Part shown: one piece after another, positions 9,534-17,877 of the stretch | How positions within the stretch are numbered: the stretch's first letter is position 1 | Layout of the letters: every line of letters begins with the position of its first letter | NCBI GenBank assembly: GCA_965237575.1 | Contig: CBDEGI010000004.1 | Span: 3,541,963-3,605,962, forward strand | Reading direction: 5' to 3' | DNA: 64,000 bases | Source: Bryobacterales bacterium | Lineage (GTDB): Bacteria; Acidobacteriota; Terriglobia; Bryobacterales; UBA6623 | The notes under the pieces: model-generated | The model's database searches: none | Seen by the model: only the letters and a program-made list of their open reading frames with translations | What the model was told of the DNA's origin: nothing | Translations under genes and position numbers: made by a program

Positions 9534-11081
9534 ATGATCGAACCTCAGATGATCGAAAGGCGAAACTTTCTCAAGGGTGCCGGCCTGCTCGGCGTCACCG
9601 GGCTGCTCGGCCGAAGCTGGGCAAGCCCCGCCGCACCGTCACTGTTGCAGGTCGGCTATGCCGAGACCGACATCACCCCCGACATCGGGATGGAGCAGCC
9701 CGGAGGGTACAGCAAGGCCTACCACCAGAAGTTCCACGATGCCTGCAAAGTGCGCGCCGCTGTTTTCGATGACGGGAACAAGCGCGTCGCGTTGGTCGGT
9801 ACCGACACGCTGATGATTCCCCGCCACGTCGTCTTGGCCGCGAGAGAGGAGATCCGCCGCAAGTCGGGCATTGCCGAGGACGCCATTTTGATCGGCGCTT
9901 CGCATTCGCACTCCTCCGGGCCCGTCGGGATGGTGCAGCCCGGCGAGTACGACCACGCGTCGAAGTTCGTCCAAGAGCTGGCGTACGAGAAATCGTCCGC
10001 CGCCGATCCGAAGTTCTTGCGCTACGTCCAGGACCAGCTCGTCTCGGCGGTCCTGCAAGCCAACGGTTCGCGCGCCGAGCGGCCCTGCGGGGTCGGCTCC
10101 GGGCAGGAGAACGAAGCGGCCTACAACCGGCGCTTCCGCATGAAGAACGGACGCACCCAGACGCACCCGCGCCAGGGCAACCCCAACATCATCGAGCCCG
10201 CCGGGCCGACCGATCCCGAAGTCGGCGTCATCGGCACGTTCGACGGCAACGGCAACCTCGTCGGTTGCGTGGTGAACTACGCCTGCCATGCCACGACGAG
10301 TCCCGGAGGCATCTCGGCCAACTGGATCTACTACCTCGAAAAGACGATCCGTGGCGTCTTCGGCGACAAGGTGGTCGTGGTCTTCCTCGCCGGCGCCAAC
10401 GGCGACATCACGCAGGTCAACAACCTCAGCCCCTACGTCAATCCGGGCCGCGAGGAGTGGGCCCGGCTCGTCGGCAGCCGCGTCGGGGCCGAGGCCGTCA
10501 AGGTGCTCGCTTCGATGCACACGGGGCCAATGGGCCCGGTAGACTCCGCGCTGGAGGTCCTCGCCATTCCCAGGCGCACCCCCAGCCCCGAACGTGTCAA
10601 ACGCTCGACCGAACTCATCAAGCAAGGGCCCGACAAGGCCGGGCGCAGCGAGTGGACCTTCGCCAAAGAGATCGTGATGCTCGACGCATTGATCGCCAAG
10701 ACTCCCGTGGTCGATGCCGAGGTGCAAGCCGTGCAAGTCGGGCCGGCGGTGTTCGTTTCGAATCCGGCGGAGTACTTCGTCGAATATGGGCTCGACATCA
10801 AGAAGCGCAGCAAGTTTCCGTTCACCTATCCCGTGGAGTTGGCGAACGGCTGTGTCGGCTACGTCCCGACCGAGGAAGCGCTGAGCCCCACCGGCGGCGG
10901 CTATGAAACGCGCCTCACCAGCTACAGTAATCTCGAACGGACCGCCGGCACCCAGATCGCCGACGCCGGCGTGCGGCTTGCGAACCGGCTCACGCCGGGC
11001 AAGGCGCCCCGGCGCGGGCCGCACGCGCCGTTCTCGGGCGAGGGCTGGTCCTACGGCAGCGTCCCAGCCGAGTTAAAGTAG
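9534..11081 (+). CDS. Neutral/alkaline ceramidase-like hydrolase (Tat signal)
   Basis: 515-aa ORF with RBS ggagg, leader RRNFLKGAGLLGVTGLLG, and the GASHSHSSGP motif typical of the neutral ceramidase N-domain. The - ORF 9639..11024 is an antisense shadow. Confidence 0.75.
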   Translation: MIEPQMIERRNFLKGAGLLGVTGLLGRSWASPAAPSLLQVGYAETDITPDIGMEQPGGYSKAYHQKFHDACKVRAAVFDDGNKRVALVGTDTLMIPRHVVLAAREEIRRKSGIAEDAILIGASHSHSSGPVGMVQPGEYDHASKFVQELAYEKSSAADPKFLRYVQDQLVSAVLQANGSRAERPCGVGSGQENEAAYNRRFRMKNGRTQTHPRQGNPNIIEPAGPTDPEVGVIGTFDGNGNLVGCVVNYACHATTSPGGISANWIYYLEKTIRGVFGDKVVVVFLAGANGDITQVNNLSPYVNPGREEWARLVGSRVGAEAVKVLASMHTGPMGPVDSALEVLAIPRRTPSPERVKRSTELIKQGPDKAGRSEWTFAKEIVMLDALIAKTPVVDAEVQAVQVGPAVFVSNPAEYFVEYGLDIKKRSKFPFTYPVELANGCVGYVPTEEALSPTGGGYETRLTSYSNLERTAGTQIADAGVRLANRLTPGKAPRRGPHAPFSGEGWSYGSVPAELK

Positions 11082-11141
11082 GATAGGGCGCGTCGCTAGC
11101 GGTCCCCGCGCATCGCGGCCCGACGAACAGGAGCAAAACAG

Positions 11142-11510
11142 ATGTACAAAGGAATCGAACACACCGCCATCGCCTCTCCCGACCCCGAGGCCCTCGCCAC
11201 CTGGTACGACAAGACGCTCGGCTTTCCCATCGTCCACCGCTACGGGGGCAACGTCTTCGTTCGCGCGCCCGACTCGACGATGCTCGAGATCATTCCGTCC
11301 GAAGGCGATGCCGTCGCAACCGAGATGAAGACGCCCGGCATCCGGCACCTCGCCATCTCGGTCGACGACTTCGACGCCGGCAAGCAAGACCTGGTCGGGA
11401 AAGGGGTGGAGATCGTCCAGGAGCTCAACGCCGGAGGCAACCGCTTGGCGTTCTTCCTCGACCCGGAGGGCAACATCCTGCACCTGATCCAACGCGCTGA
11501 CCCAATTTAG
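11142..11510 (+). CDS. VOC (glyoxalase/bleomycin-resistance/dioxygenase) family protein
   Basis: 122-aa ORF with RBS aggag; IEHTAIASPDPEALATWY...GIRHLAISVDD...FFLDPEGNILHL. Confidence 0.85.
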   Translation: MYKGIEHTAIASPDPEALATWYDKTLGFPIVHRYGGNVFVRAPDSTMLEIIPSEGDAVATEMKTPGIRHLAISVDDFDAGKQDLVGKGVEIVQELNAGGNRLAFFLDPEGNILHLIQRADPI

Positions 11511-11607
11511 GGGTCCCGATCCAAGAACGTGATGGCGCGCGCCTCGCCGCGGAGTTCGGCTATCCGCCCGCCAGCCGCTTCACGCAGAGAGCCATCTCGA
11601 CATTACA

Positions 11608-12432
11608 TTGAGCATCAGCGCGGAGCAAGAACGTTCCCACTACGACCGGGCCTACGGTCAACATCTGGCGGCTCCCGGCCATGCCCTCGCTTGCAGCCGG
11701 GACATCCTGCTGCGGCAGATCCACGACCCGGCCAGCCCGATGTACGAGAGACGTCTCCTTTACGGCCAGGTGCTCGACGAGCTGCTCGCCGTGCCGGTCG
11801 ACGGCCTCACCGCACTCGACTACGGCTGCGGCACTGGCGAATGGGGCGTCATGCTGGCCACCGAAGGTGCGCGGGCCACGTTGCTCGATCTCTCGCCGGT
11901 GGCGATCGACGTGGCTCGGCGGCGCGCCGAGGCCAGCGGCGTCCTCGACCGCATCCGCCTCTGTGCCCAAGACGCGAGCGACCTGTCGGAGTTCGAAGAC
12001 GGCGAGTTTGATCTCGTCTACGCCGGCGCGGCTCTCCATCACACCCTGAAGTACCCGAACGCCTTCGCCGAGCTTCTGCGCGTGCTCAAGCCAGGCGGTC
12101 GGCTCGTCATGGCCGAGGGATACGGCAACAACCAGCTCCTCAGTTGGGCCCGCCGGACTCGCCAACGCCTCGCCGGCGAACCGGTCGAGGCCGGCGAGGG
12201 CATCGTCCTCGGCGATCCTGAAATCCGCCTCTTGGAAGAGCACATGGCCCGGGTGGACGTCACGCCGCTCAATCTGTTCGCCATGGCCAAGCGCCTGTTC
12301 CGCGGACGATTCACCAGCCCCGCCGTTCGGCGCGTCATGCGCCTGCTGGAGGTACTTGACGCCGCTTGCTTCCGCCGGTTCCCAAGCACTCGCAGGCTTT
12401 GCGGCGAAGCGGTCATCGTCTGCCAGCGGTGA
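11608..12432 (+). CDS. Class I SAM-dependent methyltransferase
   Basis: 274-aa ORF with a TTG start and SAM motif I ALDYGCGTGEWGVMLA, then LKPGGRLVMAEG. Confidence 0.85.
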   Translation: MSISAEQERSHYDRAYGQHLAAPGHALACSRDILLRQIHDPASPMYERRLLYGQVLDELLAVPVDGLTALDYGCGTGEWGVMLATEGARATLLDLSPVAIDVARRRAEASGVLDRIRLCAQDASDLSEFEDGEFDLVYAGAALHHTLKYPNAFAELLRVLKPGGRLVMAEGYGNNQLLSWARRTRQRLAGEPVEAGEGIVLGDPEIRLLEEHMARVDVTPLNLFAMAKRLFRGRFTSPAVRRVMRLLEVLDAACFRRFPSTRRLCGEAVIVCQR

Positions 12433-12493
12433 CGGGTACCGCGCCACTTTCCGCCCCGGCACGCCCGAACCGCTCGAGGGGAAGGACGGGCTG

Positions 12494-12606
12494 TGTGGCC
12501 TTTCCAACGCCCTTTCAGGGCTCCCGCCGCAAGAGGGTCCGATCCCCCGGGGTTCCGCCTGACGGCGTCACCCCGGGCTAACATCCAACGCCGCTTCGCG
12601 GCTTGC
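12494..12606 (-). repeat. REP-c element (~112 bp), copy 1 (inverted relative to the copy at 51364)
   Basis: Its reverse complement aligns end to end with 51364..51475. Shared blocks are gccgcgaagcggcgt.ggatgttagccc.ggg and cgggagccctgaaagggcgttggaaa. The internal stem shows paired substitutions between the copies. Confidence 0.7.
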
Positions 12607-12737
12607 CGCGTGCCAGCAGGGTCGAGATCCGCGCTACGGGCTGATCGAGCCCGGCATCTGGCTGTACTCTGCCGCACACTACCGAAACCACGGCGGCCTC
12701 CCCGCCGTAGGAGTAGAATGAGGCTGGGAGAAAACCG

Positions 12738-13601
12738 ATGCGGCCCACACGATTGAGACGCAGACCGATCAGACACTGCGCGGTATGGGCGATGGTTCTC
12801 GCCCTCGCTCCCGCGGGCCTGTGGGGCCAAACCGACCCTGCGCCCCCGCCCGACCCGCCGAAACAGCAGGCCGAGGGTCTTCAAACCCGCGAACCGCCTC
12901 CCGAAAACAGCATCATCGTGCCCCGCGGCACCCGCGTGCCTCTGGTACTCATCAACAGCATCAGCACCAAGAACTCCGCCGCCGGCGACCTCGTCTATCT
13001 CGAATCCGTCTATCCCGTCGCGATTGGCGGACGCATCCTGATCCCCCCGGGCACCTATGTCTCGGGCAAGGTCACCAGCGTCAAGCGTCCAGGGCGCATC
13101 AAGGGCAAGGGCGAGCTGTTCCTGCGTTTCGAGAACATGATTCTGCCCAACGGCACGATTCGCGACTTTACCGCGCGCGTCGGGGCCCTTGACGGACGTT
13201 CTCCCGAGGGTTTCGAGCGCGACGAGGGCAAGATCACCAGCGAATCGAGCAAGGGCAAAGACGCCGGTACCGTGGCGCAGACCACGGCGGCCGGCACGTC
13301 CGTCGGAGCGATCGCGGGCTCGGTTGGCGGCCGGGCCGGCATGGGTATCGGCCTCGGCGCGGCGGCGGGAGCGGCGGCCGGGCTGGCCACGGTACTGGCG
13401 TCGCGCGGTCCCGAGGCGGTGCTCGAGAAGGGTACCCAGCTCGATATGGTGCTCGACCGCGACCTCTATTTCACCGAAGCCGAAGTCACCTTCGACGACC
13501 CCTTGCGCCGTCCCGGCGGCAACGGTGGTGGTGGGGGACCCGACCCCAACCGCAACCGTTCCAACTCCGGCGGCAGCCTCGGCCGCTTCCCGCCGTTCTA
13601 A
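12738..13601 (+). CDS. Secreted hypothetical protein with a Gly-rich tail (core faintly TrbI/VirB10-like)
   Basis: 287-aa ORF with a signal peptide (AVWAMVLALAPAGLWG). Core sequence IIVPRGTRVPLVLINSISTKNSAAGD...ILIPPGTYVSGKV...ILPNGTIRDF; C-terminal GGNGGGGGPDPNRNRSNSGG. Confidence 0.65.
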   Translation: MRPTRLRRRPIRHCAVWAMVLALAPAGLWGQTDPAPPPDPPKQQAEGLQTREPPPENSIIVPRGTRVPLVLINSISTKNSAAGDLVYLESVYPVAIGGRILIPPGTYVSGKVTSVKRPGRIKGKGELFLRFENMILPNGTIRDFTARVGALDGRSPEGFERDEGKITSESSKGKDAGTVAQTTAAGTSVGAIAGSVGGRAGMGIGLGAAAGAAAGLATVLASRGPEAVLEKGTQLDMVLDRDLYFTEAEVTFDDPLRRPGGNGGGGGPDPNRNRSNSGGSLGRFPPF

Positions 13602-13662
13602 GCACCCAGCCGAGCCCGCGCTACCTCAAGGTGCGCGAAGTATGCGGCGTGTCGTGCCCGCT

Positions 13663-14061
13663 TCATTGCTGGGGTCCCTTCTTCTCCTCTGGGACGGCTG
13701 TTTCGAGGTCGGCGATGCGGTTGGCGAGGGTGCCGGAGCGGTAGGCGAAGTCGAGGGCCGTGCGGATGAGGGCGGCGCGGCCGGACTCGATGGCCCGGCC
13801 GGAATGGATCAGCTCGTCCATGGCTGCCGTAGCGTCGGACGCCACCTGTTGCATCTGCAACGAGGCCTGGTCGAGGGCCCGTTGGCGCAGTTGGCGGAGC
13901 CTGGTCTGGAACTGCTTGTCCTGGCTCAGCCAGCGGTGGATCGAGCGCTCGCTGACGCCGGACCGGTGGGCGGCGGCCGCGACGGAGTGGGCCGAGAGCA
14001 AGGCGACCAGCGCCAGTTGCTGCCGCTGGGTGAGGGCCGGTTCCGAGTCGGCGGTCGCCAC
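13663..14061 (-). CDS. Small helix-turn-helix DNA-binding protein (phage/IS-like)
   Basis: 132-aa ORF with a GTG start. The HTH-like segment is LTQRQQLALVALLSAHSVAAAAHRSGVSERSIHRWL. It lies co-directionally downstream of the ROCO gene. An alternative-frame ATG ORF (14165) may be its displaced N-terminus. Confidence 0.55.
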   Translation of the reverse strand: MATADSEPALTQRQQLALVALLSAHSVAAAAHRSGVSERSIHRWLSQDKQFQTRLRQLRQRALDQASLQMQQVASDATAAMDELIHSGRAIESGRAALIRTALDFAYRSGTLANRIADLETAVPEEKKGPQQ

Positions 14062-14234
14062 GGAGAGCTCGCTGGCTGGCTGGAGCTGGCAGGATTTGGT
14101 AGGATTTGGCGCGGTTTTTGGGGTGATTCTAAAGATTCTTTATGTTCTTCCTGTTCTTCAGTCATGGGTCACCTCGCACGGCACCGGTGCGGATCGGTGA
14201 CCTGATTTGGGATTGTGGTGTTCCACTTATTGTT

Positions 14235-14262
14235 CTGTAGGGGCGACGGATCGCCCGTCTGC
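14235..14262 (+). repeat. REP-a hairpin element, variant copy 3
   Basis: ctgtaggggcgacggatcgcccgtctgc, in the AT-rich spacer between the ROCO and HTH genes. Confidence 0.5.
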
Positions 14263-14483
14263 TTTCTTCGCCTCTAGTGTAAGGGGCGGTTGTGGGGTGG
14301 AGGGGTGGCTAGGGAGGTAAGTGGTTGAAACGATGGGGGAAATTGTTTTTGAAAATCTGTGACTCGGAGGCTGCGAGGTGTGTAGGAGGGTTGGCGTGCG
14401 GCGGAATCGGTTCACCCAGGTTTGTCCTCATCGGTATACACGAGCCGACAGGGGTGGATTCAGGGGGTTCCCGGCGCTGTCCC

Positions 14484-17192
14484 CTATTCGGAGTCGGAGC
14501 CCCCGGTACTTCTACTTGTCCGTAGAACCGCTTTGAAGATCTCCGTAAGGTTTTTGCCCGTGATTCTGTCGACGAGTAGTGCGACGAACGCCAGGGCCAG
14601 AATAGGAAATACCACGCTGACAACGCCCGTCGTGACGTTGTCAAGTCCGAGACTGGTCGCGACAAAAACCGAACCGGCAAATAGCCCTAGGATCGACACC
14701 ACTGCCACAACCAACAACAGGAAGATATGGCCAGGTTTGATCTGCGTATCTGTGCTCCGCGGCAACTCCGGTCTTGGTGTGTCTGGCCGCCGCCCTAGCT
14801 CAAATTCTCGGATGCGCTTGTTCTTGTCTTCGATGCCGTTGAGCAGCTCTTGGACCGCGTAGGGCCGCTCGGCTTCATCGGGCATGATCGTGTCGAGGCC
14901 TCGTTCTTCGTGATTGAGGAGGGTTCGATAGCCCACTGTTACGCCCGGCTTGTCGGGCAGTGGGACCTTTTCCTGGGCACCGATTCTCGGGATGGTGGCG
15001 TGGATCCGGCGGAACTCTTCGCGGATCACAGCCAAGGCGTTGCGGCGGAGGGCCAGCACGGGACCGCGAACCGAAACAAAGACCTTGCCCACACTGGTCT
15101 CACCGCGCACCAGGACCCGGGAACCGTCGATCTCTAAGACCACCCCGCTGCGCCAGTACGTGGGGTTACTGGTGAGTCTGTCGTGGGTTCTGACGATGAA
15201 GCGCGGGATAACGCCGTCGGGCAGGACTTTGTAGTGGTACTCGAAGTTGAGTGCGTCTCCTTCGTCCCAGTTCAGGTCGGGCTCGTTCGGCAGCAGCAAC
15301 TCGGGGATCAGAAACTTCGTCCCGCCGGAATCAGGGAAGGCGAAGCACAGCTCGAACTGCCTCATCATGTCTACGATGAACTGCTGCCGCTCCGGTGGGT
15401 ACGTCCCCGGATCGGCTAACACGCCCGCGAGCTCCAGCTTCTCGAGAACACCGCCGTGCTGCATCAGCATGTGGTTGTTGAGGATCTTGTAGACACCGCC
15501 GGTGACCCATTCCGGATTGAGAACCTTGGTCTCCTGCAGTTGGTAAGGGCTGTCGGGATCGTCGAAGTTCAGGACATTGCCAAGATCATGAAGAAACCGC
15601 AGGAGCACTTTTTGATCGGCCTCCCTTTCGACGTTTCGCCTGTTGCAAATCGCGAGGTAGTCTGTGAGATCGATGAAGTCTTTGTTGCGAGCCTCTTGCT
15701 CCAACTCTTCCTTAACCTGGATGTAGCTCACCGGGACCCTATTGTAGACGTGCGGCAGCTTGTGAATCTGCTCTTGGATCGCTGCTTTCAGCTCGGCAAT
15801 GCCTTCGCCATCCGGGCAGGAGGTCTTGAAGAAACCAACCACGTTCGGCGCAAAGTCCTTGCGTAGGCGCGTTTCGTTCAGATCAAGGTGGTTCGGCGGC
15901 TCATGCTTGTTGATGACGATAAGGACAGGCGAATCGCCGCCGTAGCTTTGGATGACGCGCAGCCAGTAGTGGATGTTGCTTTCGTTTTCGCCTTTCCGGG
16001 CGTCGAGTACCAGCAGGTAGAGACTGCGCTTGGTCAAGAAAAACTGATGCGTGGCGTGCATGATCTCTTGCCCGCCGAAATCCCAGATGTTGAGGCGGAT
16101 ATTGTCGGCAATAGGGCCAGCTTTGCCTGGGATTTCCCACCGGCTGATGTTGATGCCTTCGGTTTTCTCCTCCTGCGGATTGAACGTGTCGTCTACCAGT
16201 CGATTCACAAGCGACGTCTTGCCGACAGCGCCTTGGCCAACCAGCAGGATTTTGGCTTCGTTGAGGGGCCGGGTTGTCTCTTCGCGGCCACGGAAATAAT
16301 AAGCGAGAATGTCGGCGGCGTCCTTGGGGGTGGCTTTCCCGTCCACCAGCTCACCAGGATCCGGTCCAAGGATTTCCGGCGGAATGTCCAGCGCGGGGTT
16401 TCCATGCAAGAACAATTGCTTCAGCTTCCCCAGTCGTCGCATGGAATCCGGCAACGCGGTCAACTTGTTGTCCGACACGTCGAGAGACTGGATCCCAACC
16501 AGTTGTCCGATCTCCGGGGGCAGGTTCGTCACCCCAGGCAGATCGCGAAGTACAAGCACCCGGAGCTTGCCGAGCCGCCTGATCGCACTGTTGACCGCGA
16601 CGAGATTAGGCCAGTCGACAAACGAGACCATGGCAAGGGTTCCCAGCATAAAAACGATGTCCGGGACACGAGGAGACAGCTGGCCCCCGACCACCAACCC
16701 TCGCGGGACCCCGCCACTGACGACACACAGGGATGAACCTAGACCCTCGGTCTCAGAGACCCCCCGTCTGCCCCTACTCGGCCCCTGGGGCGGAGCGAAC
16801 GTGATGGAAGTTCTCACCCCACGAGGATCCGAGCGGATGGCCTCAGCCATCAGATAACTCACAAAGGGGAATTGTTCCTGCTCACCCGCACCCCAATACC
16901 CCGCCAACGCGAGGGGGCTGACATGATAATCCAGGGTGGGCGCAAGAGCGCCGTCTAGATTTTCAACGTATTTCAGATGGCCTGGACGGCGCCACACGTT
17001 CACATCGATCAAACGACCATCGGCATCATCGACAACCAACATGACACCCTGGAGCTCCTCAGCTATCTGCTGGAGCAAGGGGCCATACTCCCCACCACGC
17101 AAGTCGTCGGCGCCGTAGTATCTGACGGTTCCCATAGCCTGAGCCGACGACCAGTATAGACCCGTTCCGCCCTTTTTGTCACGGTGGCCCAT
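14484..17192 (-). CDS. ROCO-type GTPase: unknown N-domain, LRR, Roc (Ras-of-complex) GTPase, COR, C-terminal 2-TM anchor
   Basis: This is part of the 1015-aa track ORF 14484..17531, and residue numbers refer to that ORF. LRRs occupy about aa 315-385 (LGKLRVLVLRDLPGVTNLPPEIGQLVGIQSLDVSDNKLTALPDSMRRLGKLKQLFLHGN). GTPase motifs are the P-loop GQGAVGKTS (nt 16238..16212), G3 DFGGQE and G4 NKHE. The COR-like region carries VPVSYIQVKEEL...LRFLHDLGNVLNF...VLNPEWVTGGVYKIL. Two hydrophobic helices lie at about aa 935-988. The start is uncertain: the first ATG after the RT remnant is at 17192 (MGHRDKKGG), with another at 17135. Confidence 0.8.
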   Translation of the reverse strand: MGHRDKKGGTGLYWSSAQAMGTVRYYGADDLRGGEYGPLLQQIAEELQGVMLVVDDADGRLIDVNVWRRPGHLKYVENLDGALAPTLDYHVSPLALAGYWGAGEQEQFPFVSYLMAEAIRSDPRGVRTSITFAPPQGPSRGRRGVSETEGLGSSLCVVSGGVPRGLVVGGQLSPRVPDIVFMLGTLAMVSFVDWPNLVAVNSAIRRLGKLRVLVLRDLPGVTNLPPEIGQLVGIQSLDVSDNKLTALPDSMRRLGKLKQLFLHGNPALDIPPEILGPDPGELVDGKATPKDAADILAYYFRGREETTRPLNEAKILLVGQGAVGKTSLVNRLVDDTFNPQEEKTEGINISRWEIPGKAGPIADNIRLNIWDFGGQEIMHATHQFFLTKRSLYLLVLDARKGENESNIHYWLRVIQSYGGDSPVLIVINKHEPPNHLDLNETRLRKDFAPNVVGFFKTSCPDGEGIAELKAAIQEQIHKLPHVYNRVPVSYIQVKEELEQEARNKDFIDLTDYLAICNRRNVEREADQKVLLRFLHDLGNVLNFDDPDSPYQLQETKVLNPEWVTGGVYKILNNHMLMQHGGVLEKLELAGVLADPGTYPPERQQFIVDMMRQFELCFAFPDSGGTKFLIPELLLPNEPDLNWDEGDALNFEYHYKVLPDGVIPRFIVRTHDRLTSNPTYWRSGVVLEIDGSRVLVRGETSVGKVFVSVRGPVLALRRNALAVIREEFRRIHATIPRIGAQEKVPLPDKPGVTVGYRTLLNHEERGLDTIMPDEAERPYAVQELLNGIEDKNKRIREFELGRRPDTPRPELPRSTDTQIKPGHIFLLLVVAVVSILGLFAGSVFVATSLGLDNVTTGVVSVVFPILALAFVALLVDRITGKNLTEIFKAVLRTSRSTGGSDSE

Positions 17193-17249
17193 CGCGGCCC
17201 ACCGCTCATCCGAGCAGTTACCATTTGAACGGCATCGGCAAGCCCAACG

Positions 17250-17615
17250 CTCGATAGCGCGCAACCATCCAAACCGGCTGTTGTCCAGCGTCTCCAGCGG
17301 GCGACATAACGTTTCAAGCCGTGCCGAGCGACCTGGCTCCCTTAGCTCTTGCTCATAAAGCCGAAGCGTGCGCCCCAGAAAGTTCTCTACCGTCTTCCGC
17401 GCCAACGTCAGCGTGCCCGGCGCGAAGCGGTAGCCGAGAAAGTCAAAACCGTGTTCGATTCTGCCGATGAACGTCTTGTCGGGATGCTTTTCGAGCCGTA
17501 GAACCCGCAATTCCTGGTTGAGCGTCTTCACGGCCCGGGTGTGAGATAGGGCACAAGGAGAACCGTGGAACGTGGTGTGGGAGTATACCGTGCCGCGGCC
17601 GCTCAGCTCGATCTC
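17250..17615 (-). pseudogene. 5'-truncated, frameshifted remnant of a group-II-intron-like reverse transcriptase
   Basis: The frame shared with the ROCO ORF reads ...AVKTLNQELRVLRLEKHPDKTFIGRIEHGFDFLGYRFAPGTLTLARKTVENFLGRTLRLYEQ, which is the RT motif 6/7 and thumb region. The expected next motif appears only in another frame (track ORF 17063..17317: KRYVARWRRWTTAGL). No RT motifs 1-4 or YADD are present; only 128 codons separate this remnant from the upstream gene. Confidence 0.6.
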
Positions 17616-17617
17616 TT

Positions 17618-17877
17618 AGTAGTGGCTCAGTTTCAGCCATGACGGTCTCACGGACACCGGATCAGCCATCCACGGTGGCTCAAGCCGGTGTGTCGGAAGG
17701 ACGCTGAAGCGCCCTGGGCAGGAACGAAGGGCCACGCTGAACCGGCCGTAAACGACCGGCCTACAACGCGCTTCGCGCCGACGCCGCCTGAAGGCGACTT
17801 CAGAAACGACGGCCTTCCGGCACAGTGTGCAGCGCACGCCCATCACCCAGCGTGGCGCAGCCAAATTGAGCCACTAC
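17618..17877. mobile_element. 260-bp MITE-like element with 11-bp terminal inverted repeats and a 9-bp target-site duplication
   Basis: The TIRs are GTAGTGGCTCA (17619..17629) and TGAGCCACTAC (17867..17877). They are flanked by direct CGATCTCTT at 17609..17617 and 17878..17886. There is no coding capacity, and internal hairpins are present (e.g. ctgaag-gcga-cttcag). Confidence 0.55.

Noticed and set aside
14484-17531. Taking the full 1015-aa ORF at face value as a natural RT-ROCO fusion protein.
   Set aside because: The RT part lacks motifs 1-5, starts at a GTG with no RBS, and its own C-terminal motif is in another frame. A dead RT remnant read through in frame is more parsimonious. It is kept as a flagged alternative in the findings.
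17618-17877. Retron msr/msd ncRNA: inverted repeats upstream of an RT-like ORF.
   Set aside because: The adjacent RT is a truncated remnant without a catalytic core. The inverted repeats are terminal and flanked by a perfect 9-bp direct duplication, which fits a MITE insertion rather than retron a1/a2 pairing.
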